DNA of 63,109 nt, counting the filler. It is 10 parts of 10 records of this genome, joined end to end, with 100 filler letters (N's around TTAATTAATTAA, not from the genome) between each part and the next. Parts side by side here need not be neighbours in the genome. Positions count along the whole stretch, not along the records: positions 1 to 8,020 come from SRR7504441_1527; positions 8,121 to 14,528 come from SRR7504441_1528; 8 more parts are not named here. One strand, 5' to 3'. Of this stretch, positions 1 to 11,424 are shown in pieces. The notes under the pieces were generated by a model. It was not told where the DNA came from. It did not search any database and worked only from the letters and a program-made list of their open reading frames with translations. The stretch's first letter is position 1. The number at the start of each line of letters is the position of its first letter. Made by a program: the position numbers and the translations under genes.

Positions 1-556
1 GCTCGCAGCAGCCGGTCTCGCCCGCGGAGCTTTTCGGCCGGTACGACCGAGACAGCGATGGGCTGATCGAACGGCACGAGTGCGCCGCGCTGGCCGAGGC
101 AGCTCGCCGTCGAAGGGGGTTGAGCCCTGGCAGGAATTCTTCCAGGGAAGACTGGTGGTGCTGATGGCGATGGCGGAGGGGATGAAGCGTCACTACGCGA
201 CGCACATGCCGGGGCAGGCTCATCGCCCTGCAGCAGCTGCTCAGTGCCAGCCCAGGGTGGCAGGCAGACCAGATGGCTCGCAGAGTGGATCACCTGACGG
301 GCCCAGCAATCGACCGGCAGCGCTCGTTGATTCGGGAACACGCACTGTGAGCCCAGCACTGCTGGGCCACCGGCGATCTCGGGGCAGGGACCCAGCGATG
401 GTGCAGAGGCAAGTATTCAATAGCATCGACACCGACGCGAGCGACCGGATATGCCTCGCCGAGTGGGAGGCATGGTGTGCCAAGCAGCACAAGTCTTTAA
501 ATTCGGACGACCACTTCCACCTAAAGCTTTACTCGGACGCCCTAAGGACTTCGTAG
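1..556 (+). CDS. EF-hand calcium-binding protein, 5'-truncated, spliced (introns 99-133 GC-AG, 218-263 GC-AG, 347-387 GT-AG)
   Basis: Two EF-hand loops, FGRYDRDSDGLIERHE and FNSIDTDASDRICLAEW, fall in one frame after removing three short introns; stop TAG at 554-556. Confidence 0.7.
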   Translation, partial: LAAAGLARGAFRPVRPRQRWADRTARVRRAGRGSSPSKGVEPWQEFFQGRLVVLMAMAEGMKRHYATHMPGQAHRPAAAAQCQPRVAGRPDGSQSGSPDGPSNRPAALVDSGTRTVSPALLGHRRSRGRDPAMVQRQVFNSIDTDASDRICLAEWEAWCAKQHKSLNSDDHFHLKLYSDALRTS

Positions 557-708
557 TGCGGCACGCTGTCTCGTAATAATACAAAACATCGATGATATGA
601 TACGGATTAGTAGGGATCACATAGTCCAATATATTCGAGTACTCGGATGTACTCTTATTGTCTAGCTAGGTAGCTCTATGTACAAGAAGTCTATATTCCG
701 ACCAACTT

Positions 709-1713
709 TTATTTCAAGGTCGCCCCGGACCCTGGATCGAGTGGTTTGAGACTAGACTTTGCGGGGCCGTCAGAAGCAGTAACCCCGTCGCCCTCAGGCA
801 GCTTCAGTCGTAGCAACGAAAGCTCGCCCTCCCGCCACAGGTTCCACGGGTTAGGGAAGGATATCTTCAGCTGGAGTGACCCGCCCACCGTCAAGTCTCT
901 CATCAGAGGCGGGTGAAAGCGGGTTTCATCTATCCGGCGGACCGGCAAAGGCCGGCAGCGGCTCGCGCTGAACTCACACTGGCCGTCTGGATGGCCGCGC
1001 AGCTGATCGGCCAGGGCCTCGGGCATCGGGAGCAGCCCAGCAGGGTGGTGATTGAGCCAGACATTCACCAGGAGTGTGACTCGCGTGTAGGGCGCCGGGC
1101 TGGTGTTCAGCTCCTGAGGCGCCCCGTGCAGCAAGTCGCCTCGGAAAGCCAGGTGCACCCCTCGGCGAACCGGCGAGAGCGAGAGCTGGTCGTCGTGTAG
1201 CATTGCGGTCGGGGCTCCGCCTGTGGTTAGATAAGTCACCGTGGCCACCGTGGGCGTCCACAGTGGCTTGGGAATCCCTTGGGCCCGGCCCTGGTGGTCC
1301 AGGTCCCAGTGCCAATGGATCCCCGCCCCAGCGTCCCCGTGCTCGCCCGGCAGCTCCCGTACCTGGCACCACCAGACCGCCCCGCTGCTCCGAGGATCGA
1401 AGGCCACGCCGCGCGTGTGGAAATCAAACACGGCCTTGGCGAAGTTCTCGAGCCCAGCCCTCGCCGGCTGGTCCGCCCCCAGCCAGTGCATGGTCTTGGT
1501 CCCTCTGCGCAGGTCGTCCTTCCACGCCACGCGGCAGGCGTCCCCCATCCGGTCCGCGGCGCGCTCCACATCGTCCAGGTGCCAGGCCGCGCACGCCAGT
1601 CGGCCGGGGATCACGCCGGAGGCGACTGATGGGCTGCACTCGGCCCTGTGCGCCCGCAGCTGCAATGGGGTGCCGAACTGCCGCCCACACTGCGGGCAGC
1701 AGCCCGACATCAT
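709..1713 (-). CDS. Zn-finger plus 2OG-Fe(II) oxygenase-like protein
   Basis: N-terminal CPQC...H...C; HWD iron-ligand motif, TVATVTYLT, LLHG and RVTLLVNVW fit a DSBH 2OG-Fe(II) fold. The start is likely ATG 1713 or 1710, since the longer ORF overlaps PP2A antisense. Confidence 0.6.
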   Translation of the reverse strand: MMSGCCPQCGRQFGTPLQLRAHRAECSPSVASGVIPGRLACAAWHLDDVERAADRMGDACRVAWKDDLRRGTKTMHWLGADQPARAGLENFAKAVFDFHTRGVAFDPRSSGAVWWCQVRELPGEHGDAGAGIHWHWDLDHQGRAQGIPKPLWTPTVATVTYLTTGGAPTAMLHDDQLSLSPVRRGVHLAFRGDLLHGAPQELNTSPAPYTRVTLLVNVWLNHHPAGLLPMPEALADQLRGHPDGQCEFSASRCRPLPVRRIDETRFHPPLMRDLTVGGSLQLKISFPNPWNLWREGELSLLRLKLPEGDGVTASDGPAKSSLKPLDPGSGATLK

Positions 1714-1772
1714 CAGCAGATTGGCGCCAAAAGCGCTGCACTCTCGCACGTCACAGTGCACCGGCAAGAGCG

Positions 1773-2948
1773 ATGGGCGGCGTGGGCGAGCTGGACGAAT
1801 GGATCGCCCAGCTGTACGAATGCCGCCCGATCGACGAACGGGCAGTCGGGCTGCTCTGCCATAAGGTGCCCCCCGGTGGACGGGGGGCGGCAGCGGGGGG
1901 CAGGCGAGGGAGGTGTTCATGCGGATGAGCAACGTCCAGTCCGTGCGCTGCCCAGTGACCGTGTGCGGGGACGTGCACGGCCAATGGCACGATCTGATGG
2001 AGCTGTTCAAGATCGGGGGCTACTGCCCCGACACCAATTATTTATTCATGGGCGACTATGTGGACCGAGGGTGGCTGCACCCGGCCGCCGGGGCTCACAG
2101 CCGGCAGGTTCTACTCGGTGGAGTGCGTCACGCTGCTAGTCTGTTTGCAGCTGCGCTTCCCGGAGCGAATCACTGTGCTGAGGGGCAACCACGAGAGTCG
2201 GCAGATCACTCAAGTGTAAGATGGGCAGCCCGGTGCGCCGGGCAGGCTGGGCAGGTACGGCTTCTATGACGAGTGCCTGCGCAAGTACGGGACGGCCACC
2301 CCGTGGAAGTTGTTCACTGAGCTGTTCGACTACATGCCCTTGGCGGCCGTAGTGGAGGACCAGGCAAGCTAGGAACCGGTCTGTGCCGAGCTCTGGTGTG
2401 GTGCAGATATTCTGTCTGCACGGCGGGCTGTCGCCGAGCATCACGAGCATAGCCGAGATCCAGGAGCTGGACCGGAAGCAGGAAGTGCCGCACGAGGGGT
2501 GCATGTGCGATTTGCTCTGGAGCGACCCGGATGACCGTGTCGGTTGGGGCGTCTCACCGCGGGGGGCTGGCTTCACATTCGGTTCGGAGCAGACGCAGCA
2601 ATTCAATCACCAGAACGGACTCAAGCTGATTTGCCGGGCGCATCAGCTTGTGATGGAGGTGCGACCGGGCTCGGGCTGGGCGAGCCGCTGGCAGGGGTTC
2701 AACTGGTGTCACAACGGGCAAGTGGTTACGGTGTTCTCGGCCCCGAATTACTGCTACCGATGCGGCAACATGGCCGCCGTGATGCAGATAGATGAGCACA
2801 TGAATTTCCACCAGTAACTGGCCCATGGCTGCCCTGCCGCTGAATGGTAGTGCGCAGCTTGCAATTCGACCCAGCACCACGTAAAGACGCGGCGGAGCAA
2901 AGCACGACAGATAACGCACAAGTCTCTACTCCGCATTACTTCCTCTGA
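1773..2948 (+). CDS. PPP2C: Ser/Thr protein phosphatase 2A catalytic subunit, 7 exons (introns 1866-1903, 2071-2107, 2216-2254, 2364-2406 GC-AG, 2659-2694, 2814-2857)
   Basis: Splicing restores [50 protein letters not shown] and C-terminal TPHYFL*. Confidence 0.95.
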
Positions 2949-3176
2949 GAGTTAGATTTGATCTACAAGTCTTTTAGACATGAACTTGCTGGAGCTTTTG
3001 TATATATGCTGATCACGAGTACAGTACGAGTACGTATTGATTTTATGTCATCGTAATGATCATTACGAGTTCGTATCATGTACTGTGCGTACTACGTATA
3101 TGTACCCAGTATAGCGACTGAGGCCTTGCATGCCAGCATTCAGACAACGTGGAAATCCATTTCGGTGAGGAGTCTG

Positions 3177-3867
3177 CTACTCATCTTTCCCCTTGACCCC
3201 AGCCTTGTCGCGCAGAATTCTAGGGATGGTGAGCATGGCGAATGGACCTCCCACGTATAAAAAGCAGTTGTTGAAGAAGTCGCACAGCCACCAGGGCAGA
3301 AACGGCCAGATAACGTTCATCCCGAACCATACGCCAAAGTGGCCGGCGAGGAGCATCCAAATCACGTGCCATGCCCACGCCACCAGGGCGGCTTTGGGGC
3401 CCAACCGAACGAGATAAACCAGGAACAGCAGCAACTCCGCAATGCCATGCGCAAGCTGTGCAAGTACGAAGTTCCAGCCGATCCAACCGTACTGCGCCGT
3501 GTAAGGATACGCCTTCCGGGCGAGCTCCAATTGCGGTGAGAGCACCCAGCTCACCCAGAAGCGAGCGTCGAAGTCAGTGTCGAGGATCTGTTTGGCCTCG
3601 GCGTTGTGGAACTTCCACGCGTTCAGGAGCATCGCCCGTGGCGCCGAGAAGGCCATGGAGCCGTAGTAGAAGCAGTTGTATCGGTCGGCGTCGCGCCTGT
3701 AGCACCGGCGGTTGGGCAGGGTAAGCAAGGCCTAGCGAGGACTCGCACCACTCCCAGTAATCTTTTGGCATCTTGACTTGTCCCTCGTCGGCGGTCACCG
3801 CCACGGCTGCGAACGCGAAGAGAAAGAGGGCGGCGAGGTATGCGCACCGCATTGCATTGGAGGGCAT
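3177..3867 (-). CDS. Signal-peptide, multi-pass membrane protein of unknown function (one ~52-nt intron)
   Basis: Hydrophobic N-terminus MRCAYLAALFLFAFAAVAVTA, several TM segments, C-terminal VKGKDE* (KxKxx). Start ATG 3852 or 3867. Confidence 0.6.
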
Positions 3868-4165
3868 TGGAGGAGGGGCGCCAGATTTCAACGGTCACAA
3901 GCTCATGTAGCAGGTACCTGAAGGATTAAATTAAAATTAATTAATTAACATTGTTGCTTAGGAGAATAGCTCTGTTGCGCGTTGCGCGGATTCATGCCAA
4001 ACCGTGCTATCGGACTGCGGCATTCCCTAGGAGATTTATTTGTTAGTATACGTAAGCTTCAGCCCTATTTTAGGCCCACAAATTGTGAGCATGATTGTCC
4101 ATACAACTAACTAGTCCATACTTACAACAGCACGACTCTAGTATCGTAGTATGCATCACATCAGC

Positions 4166-5783
4166 TTAAGCAAACTCGGGCTTATCAGCAAATAAGTGCA
4201 CCACGCGCTTTTCTATCTGGGCTTTGTTTCCGGTAGAAATCATGTCCGCGATCCAGACCAGGTTCCTGATCTCTTGCTCCTTCAACTTGAGCGCCGCATA
4301 GAACACGCCGTAGTGGAACTGCTCGTCAAACACTAGCTCGTAGATCCGGCACGCGTACTTGATGAACACTTCCTCCGCCCGGTCTCGTCCTCACCCTCCT
4401 TATGCAACAGGTCTACACACGCTCCATACGTCTTAGCAAACCTTACCCAAACAATCAGCCCAATGCCCAGCCAGGGGGCAGCCACCCGTGGTCGTTGTCC
4501 TGTAGCCACCGATTTATCTCCTCGGAGCTCTCGAGCTTCGCGATTTCCATGAAGCCCTCACCGTAACAATAGTTGAGCCCTCCAAAGTTGGGGTTGAATT
4601 TAAGCTGATCAATGTCCTTTAGCTGCGAGGTCTCGTTCTCGCAGTTATTGGTCGCCCGGATGATCGCCCGACGGTCCGCCTCGAACTGCCAAGCAATCCT
4701 CAGCCACCACCAAGGGAGGGTGTGCACCTCCAGCAGTTCCGACATGACTGTGGCTGTAGTCCCACCGCACTCTTGGCAAAAGTCGTAGAAATCTGGGCGC
4801 AACGGATCAGCGGAGCGAACCCCGGGCATGGGCGCACCTTGGAAGTACTTGCGCATCACCAAGCCCTCAATCCAATCTAGACCCTTCTCACGCACGTCAT
4901 GACCACTGCAGATCATGGCGCCATCGTCTTCCCCAAATCCCTCCATGAAGTAACGGCCTGCCCCCAAGCTCAGCCGAGTCGGCTCCGGCCGACCGACCGA
5001 TCGGCTCGCACGCTTCAATCATATCTTCAAGCATCTTATTAGGATCCTCCTCCGCCAGTCTCAGAGTCTCTAGCAACACCATCAGCCCGCCATCGTTGTC
5101 CGGAATCTCCTCCTTGAACTGAGCGTAGAGCCCGAGTTGCTTGATCTCATTGAAGAGCCGCTCCTTGTCTTCTGCCGACATCTCGCCATGCGTAATCTCA
5201 TGCTGAGACTTCTTCACGGCCGACTTCATCAGCAGCATGAAGTTGTGGATTCTATACTCGTGCCTACAAGCCAGTCAGCCGCAAGCCAACCCCCCGGCTC
5301 ACGTGAGGAACTCCAAAAATTGCCTTTGCTTTCCTACGCTGTTGGTCCGAAACTGGCCGGGCGAGCTCAGCCCCGCCCGCCGTTCGCCAGCACCTCCTCG
5401 TACTGGGCGCACAACCCCCGGTTGAGCCGGCGCTCGAGCTCGCGGACCGCGCCCTCCATGTTGAGCTGCAACCCAACCGGCTCGGGCCGGGCCCCGGGCG
5501 GGCGGGTACCTCGGGCTCCCAGTTCTCAAGCCAATCCTTGTACCCGAAATCTGCGGGGAGGGGGAGGCGGTTAGGGCTGGGTCGGGGGGCAAGCGGGCTT
5601 ACCCCGAGGGTCGTCTCCTTGGAACGGGGTGTTGCCGGTGTTGCACAGCTGGACCTTGAGATCTTCCAGGCTCTCGCAGTTGGAGATGGCCTGATAGTCT
5701 TCGGCCTTGAGCAGGCCGCGACGGAAGTTGCGGGCAAAGGCCTCGCCCAGCCCGTCTTGAACGTTGAAAAATGACATCTCCAT
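4166..5783 (-). CDS. VMA6: V-type H+-ATPase V0 subunit d, multi-exon
   Basis: N-terminus FFNVQDG...[25 protein letters not shown], middle [22 protein letters not shown]-terminus [25 protein letters not shown]; at least 8 short GT-AG introns. Confidence 0.95.
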
Positions 5784-5939
5784 GGCGCCCGGTCTGTCGA
5801 GGAACGAACCTCCGGAGGCTGTTGCGGCGACCGAACTGGTGCTCGGCGATGGCGAGCCTTGGCTTGTCGTTGCTCAGTCCCTGGGTGTTGACCAAACAAC
5901 GGAAATCCAACGGAATCTGCGGATTGTGGGGTGCCAATC

Positions 5940-7960
5940 ATGGCCGCGGCCGCAGTGGCCCGGACCAATGACCAGGCGGCCACCTGCAAGCTGTCGATGT
6001 GCAAGCTGGGGTACTCGGCCGACAGGTTCCTACCGCACTTCGTCGCTCAGCCCTCCCGCCGCACCCCGGTCACCAACCGGGGATACTTCCTCCGTGCCGC
6101 CGCGTTCGACAGCGTCCTCACCGCCTTCCTGGACGGCCCGGCCGGGAGGGCGGTGCAAGTGGTCTCGCTCGGGGCCGGGTTCGACACGGCGGTGTTCCGG
6201 GCGGCCGAGGCCGGCCTGGCGCCTACCCGTTGGCTCGAGCTGGACCTGCCGGAGGTGGTGAGCCGCAAGCAGCAGATCGTTGCCGACACCGGGCTGGCCG
6301 AGCTGGTGGCTGCGGCAGGGTGCGCGTACAGCATCCGGGCTGCCGACCTGGCCGAGGCCGAGGGGGTGCTGGCGGTCCTGGAGGCGGCCGATATTGACCG
6401 TTACACCCCGACGCTGCTCATGTCTGAGGTGGCCACCGCGTACGTGGACGGGGAGGCGGTGGCCCGACTTGACAGCCAGATCTTCGCCCGGTTCAGCCAG
6501 GCCGCGCTGCTGCTGTGGGAGCCGCAGCTGCTCACCAGCGACGCGTTCGGGGTTCAGATGGAGCGATTCTTCCGCCAGCACAGGACGCCGCTCCGCTGTC
6601 TTGAGCGGTGAGAGCTGCTTAGCGGGCCAGACTCACCAGGCGGGCCAGATTCCCAGACGGGCAGGCGCGGGCTGAGTGGCTGCTCGAGTGCGGGTGCGAC
6701 CGGGTGAGCTGGCGCTCCGGGTTTGCGTATTGGCAGCACACGCTCTCTGAGGCCGAGCGAGCGCGTGTGGCTGCGATCGAGCCGTTTGATGAGGCGGAGG
6801 AGCTCCACCTCAAGGGGCACCATTATTACCTGCTCTGCGCCCGCCGGGGCTGCAGCTGGCTCGAGTCGAGCTGGTCGGGCGGCAGCTCGGTGCCGAGCGA
6901 GCATGATGTGGAGCCACAGTTCGAGCCGACCCAGCTGGCCACTCGCACAGCAGACATGTGTGTCAGCTGGCGGAACGGATCAGGCACGCCCAGCACCGAG
7001 GCTGGATTTTGGGGACACGGCTGCGCGCTGCTCCCTGGCAGCGTGTTGGTGTATGGAGGGTACGGAAAGCTGGCGACAGATCAAGATGGGGCAGCCAACC
7101 GGCGGCTGGGGCAGTTGCTGAGGCTCGGGCCAGCTGGGCTGGAATTGGTGTCGGCCCAGACCGACTGTCCAGGGGCGCGGGTGTTCCACTCGTTCACGGG
7201 GCTGGGCAGGCGGCAGGCTGTGCTGTTTGGAGGGAGGACCAGTCCCGCCCGGGCGCTCAGCGACAGCTGGGTTTGGGATGAGACTGAGCAGAGCTGGACG
7301 GAGTTCCAACGGTCTGGCCCGTCGGGCAGGTTTCGGCACGCTGCCGTCGGGGTGCCGGGGGGGGCAGTGCTGCTCCATGGAGGGAGGGGGAGCCAGCCGG
7401 GGGTAGTGTTTGATGACTGGTGGAGGTTTGAGATCTCTACGGGCTGGCAAGAGGTAGCGACCAGCAAGCCTACGCTGGCCCGATACGACCACAGTCTGAC
7501 CCTGGATAAGGAGCGGAATAGAGTGCTGTTGTATGGCGGATTGAGTGCAGCTGGGAACCCGTCATGCCAGTTGTTCCAGCTGGAGCTCGGCCAATCCGAT
7601 AATGCTTGCGAGTTCAAACCGGTCGAGTGCGTCAACAGCTGCAGCTCGCGTCATGGGCACGCTGCTGCGATCTGGCGCGATCATTTCATGGTAGTTGGAG
7701 GGGTGAGCGGGAGCATCGTTGGGCAGGACGAATTGATCTGCATTCTAGACTTGCAGAACATGGTCTGGAGCGCAGTGCCTGGAGTAGGGCTCGGGGTTCA
7801 GCCATTCTGGGTCAATCATGCCGTCGTGTGCTCAGGCGACTCGCTGCTCATACTTGGCGGCGGGGCCCACTGCTTTGCATTCGGGGCGCTCTTCAATGAA
7901 CCGATTTCTGAGCTCAAGTTTTCGCCGTACTTCAAGTCGGTTGTCGCATTCGTGGATTGA
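5940..7960 (+). CDS. Leucine carboxyl methyltransferase domain plus Kelch repeats (LCMT2/TYW4/Ppm2-like)
   Basis: LCM motifs TNDQAATCKLS, NRGYFLR, VVSLGAGFDT, ELDLPEV and EPFDEAEE, followed by Kelch repeats (GG-R, RFRHAA, RYDHS, RHGHAA); intron from 6609. Confidence 0.85.
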
Positions 7961-8020
7961 ATGCGTTTCGAGTGCAGGCAACCTTTAGGAAGTTAAGTGA
8001 CCATCAGTGGACTATGTGAA

Positions 8021-8120
8021 NNNNNNNNNNNNNNNNNNNNNNNNNNNNNNNNNNNNNNNNNNNNTTAATTAATTAANNNNNNNNNNNNNNNNNNNNNNNN
8101 NNNNNNNNNNNNNNNNNNNN
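8021..8120. other. Artificial contig linker N44-TTAATTAATTAA-N44
   Basis: N runs flanking a six-frame stop 12-mer; the same linker occurs nine times. Confidence 0.98.
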
Positions 8121-8633
8121 GGTCGGCAGCCCGCCGGTCGGCAGCCCGCCTGCCACCCCCCGCCTGCAGCCCGTCATGAAAGAAGGGCGACGCAGGTCCG
8201 AATGGACGAGACAGTGGAGTCTGTCAAGCAGTGTTTGGCGAGCAGCATTGTCCCGCCGGACGCGCCGCCCAGCAGCGAGTGGTGCACCCGTGAGCTCCTA
8301 GATGCGCTCCCGCTCTGGTTCGCGGAGAGCCAGTTGGCTACAGCATCCCGATGGGGTGACACCGGCGTCTGCGAGGTGGGGCCGGCGGCAGCTGGAATGC
8401 AGGCCGGGCAGGGGGCGCGGGTGTCGGTAGAGGAGAGCCGGTTCCTGGCGGCGTATCAGGAGCAGGTCGGGGGGAGGGTCGAGGCAGCGGTCCAGATCCA
8501 GCGCAGCTGGCAGCGGTATGCCAAGCTGCCGGTGACGAGTCGACCGCGGTGGCGGCGGGCGTTTCATGCGATGCGCGCCGTAAGGCGGATGGTGCAACGC
8601 GTGTCTGCACGGGACGACGTCTACGGGGGATGA
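8121..8633 (+). CDS. IQ-motif-containing protein, probably 5'-truncated
   Basis: AAVQIQRSWQRY IQ-like motif; probable 36-nt in-frame intron near 8376-8411. Confidence 0.45.
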   Translation, partial: GRQPAGRQPACHPPPAARHERRATQVRMDETVESVKQCLASSIVPPDAPPSSEWCTRELLDALPLWFAESQLATASRWGDTGVCEVGPAAAGMQAGQGARVSVEESRFLAAYQEQVGGRVEAAVQIQRSWQRYAKLPVTSRPRWRRAFHAMRAVRRMVQRVSARDDVYGG

Positions 8634-8806
8634 ATTGATCGATTAGATTGCTAAAAACGTTATAATACTCCGCATAGACAGGGTGCTTGACGCAAGCTCC
8701 CAGCCGTTACATTACGCGCCACTAACAAATTGCGCATTCATTCGCATCGCCGTTCCCTGAAGTTGCTTTCTCCACTGCACACCCAAACCGTCAGATGAAC
8801 CGCCAG

Positions 8807-10154
8807 TTATTGGCGCGGCTTACCAGCCACCATAAACTCCCTAAACGTCGGGGGAAAGTTGGTTGGAAGCTCTGTCGAGCTATGCTGTTGTCCACGGTTT
8901 GGCGGCGGCGGCCCCTGAGACTGTGGCGGGGCTCGTTGCGCGCCACTCTGCGCCCGGATCACGCCGGGTGGGGACATGGCCAGAACCTGCTGGACGCGCA
9001 GTCTCTGCTCTGCATGCTGAAGCCCGCTCTGCATGCTTTGGTTTGTAGGCTCAAGCTGGTTTGTAGGCTTAGCCGTGGCCAGCCCAGCTGCCACCTCGAG
9101 TCCAGCCTTGTAGGCCTTGATCGCGCCCGGCCAGTTTCCCAGCCCATGGTTGGCCACAGCCATCCTTCCCCAGCCCTGGCCGCCTACTGGCACACAGGTT
9201 CGGTCCGGGGCTGCACCTTGCTGAAGCTCGGGCAAATCGTCACTGACTGCTGCGCATCCCTGAGCGCTGCGCAGTAGTCCTGAAGCCCAGCAAACGCCGC
9301 GCTCCTGACAAGCCGATGAGGTCTGCCCCGCGCACCGTGGCAAGACCTGTTGCTGAATATTCTATGGTCGCCACTATCTTGCATCAAAGCTATCGAGAAC
9401 TCCTGTACGGCCTCTGCGTACAGCTTCTTGTTGAAATATCCGTTGCCCCGCGCCCGCGCGTCGTTCTTGATCTCAGCCGGAGACTTTGGCCGCCGGGTTT
9501 CGTCCGGCTGCAAGTTGACTTTCTTCACTGAAATCACTTCTGCGCTCTGCAGCTGCACCCGGAACCGGCTGCGCTCAGGTAGGTACTGAATGACAAAGCC
9601 TCGCTGCGAATTGAGCTCGGGCCGGCAGACGATCCCGTCGATTCGCACACTGCACCCGACTGCGTACTGGGACCATTGGCTGCCCGTCGAGGCCGCAGCC
9701 GCCGGAGCGCGCCGGGCGTTTAATGCTTCTAGGCCGGTGTTTCGGACGGCCAGCTCCATCTGCAGCGGCGCCCTGACGACCGGGCCTGAGACTGGCGACC
9801 CGACCCGACGCACCGGCACACGACGCAGCCGAAGTTGGCTTTGCACAGCTGCCTGAGGCAAGGGGCGCAGACCGAATGAGAGCACGGGTTGGTCATGGCC
9901 TGATGCAGCTCAGCGTCGAACTCCGAGCAACACACCTGCTCCAGATCAGCTCGACCCGAACACGCCACGCCAGACCGGGCAGAGCGCCGGCTCCATCGGG
10001 TCCGGCTCGGCCTTCCGCTTCTTGTGGTCTTGCGGGCTGCTGGGCGGGCTCCGACGCCGAGGTTCTGCGCGCAAGTCGGTCTGGGCCGATCCAAGCCGGC
10101 AAGGGCATGGCGCGGGGGGAGGCAGGGGCACTCACCTGCGGAGCGCTTGGACAT
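8807..10154 (-). CDS. RING finger plus TPR protein, multi-exon
   Basis: Spliced RING CPVC...CSHSVCAPC...CVVC; TPRs ARARGNGYFNKKLYAEAVQEFSIAL, FSNRSAAF, KGWGRMAVA...YKAGLELEPTN. Confidence 0.75.
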
Positions 10155-10228
10155 CGCAGACTAGTCAGCGCCTCCCGGTGTGCAAGCCATCAGTCAAGAG
10201 CTGCAGTTTGCTTTCCAAGTTGGTCTCA

Positions 10229-11299
10229 ATGGTCGGGAGGGACGGACAGGGAGCCCGACGAGCTGCAGCCCGAGATGCCCCGGCGGGTGAGAGGCGGGGC
10301 CGGGTCAAGTCCTACAACTCGCTCCAGCGCCGGCAGCAGCTGGTACTCCGGTCGCATGACAACGAGGCCGAGGCTGACACGACCAGCACCGAGCGTCTGC
10401 GGCCCGTCTCGAACCGGCCGGCGCCCCGAGCGCACCGGCAGAACTCGCGCCCGGCCGCCGAGGAGCTGCGGGGAGAGGGGCTGTTTGTGAAGTGGGGTCC
10501 CCGTCCCGCGTGGACTGGGGTGCCAGAGAGGAAGTCCCAAGCGCCGGCAAAGGTGCGCCACCACCGCCGCCCCGGGCCGAGCGCTGGCCTGCAGCCTTCT
10601 GTGCCGTCGGCCCAAGTGCGGCCTCGGACTGCACCGGCGCCGCGCGACATCGTGGCTGCCAACAAGCGCGTGCCCAAGTCTGCACGTGCGGCCGCGTCGG
10701 AGCCGGGTCAGTACAGGCACAGCGCTTTCGGCAAAGTACCGAGCTACCTTAAGCAGCAGCAGCGGCAGCACAAGTTGGAGCAGGAGCGGTCCGAGCAGCA
10801 GGAGCAGCGGCGGCAGGTGGCCTCGGAGCTGCAGGCGTGCCACCGAGCCGAGCGGCGGGATCGCAAGCATCGAGAGCTGGCCGAGCGGCTGGAGCGGGCC
10901 GAGTCGGATTTCCAGAAGGCGCGGAGGCCGGAGTTCGCGAGTGACAGGTGGTCAGGTGGAGCATGCCGATGAGCGGTACACAGCCTCGGCCCGAGAGCGG
11001 TCCGGCCGCGGTCCGGGCCTGGGCTTACAATGCGGTGCAGCAAGGAGGCGGCGTGGCAACAATGCGTCGAGCTGCGGCGTAAGCTGAGCAAGCTAGGAAA
11101 GTCGGACAAAGGCGACGCCAAGGTGGCCGGCCAGGCTGCGGCGTTGAGTGGTGGCGGCAGCTCGAGCGGCTCGGACTGGCGATTCCACTCGTCGATTCAA
11201 AGATTGCGAAAAGTAGTGAATCGAAAGGGCCCCATTACCGCGCGCCGCCGTGGCCACTGTGCTAGCCGAGCAAGATGTCGAGCGCGTATAATTATATAG
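10229..11299 (+). CDS. Enkurin-like coiled-coil protein (introns include 10919-10955 GC-AG)
   Basis: RDIVAANK and HSAFGKVPSYL followed by coiled coil, resembling enkurin/ENKD1 ciliary proteins. Confidence 0.45.
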
Positions 11300-11424
11300 T
11301 ACGAATGAAACTCTCCTTAGCTACACGAGCTACAGTCGTCCTCGTCTGATGATCATGATGCATCATGCATGGAACTCGGCAACTTCACACTTTCGCCGTC
11401 GGAGTGAAGAGGCACACCCGGCTG

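Noticed and set aside
3937-3948. TTAATTAATTAA without flanking Ns
   Set aside because: It sits in an AT-rich spacer, and similar TTAATTAA runs occur near 39150 and 46733. Most likely natural low complexity; no function can be supported.
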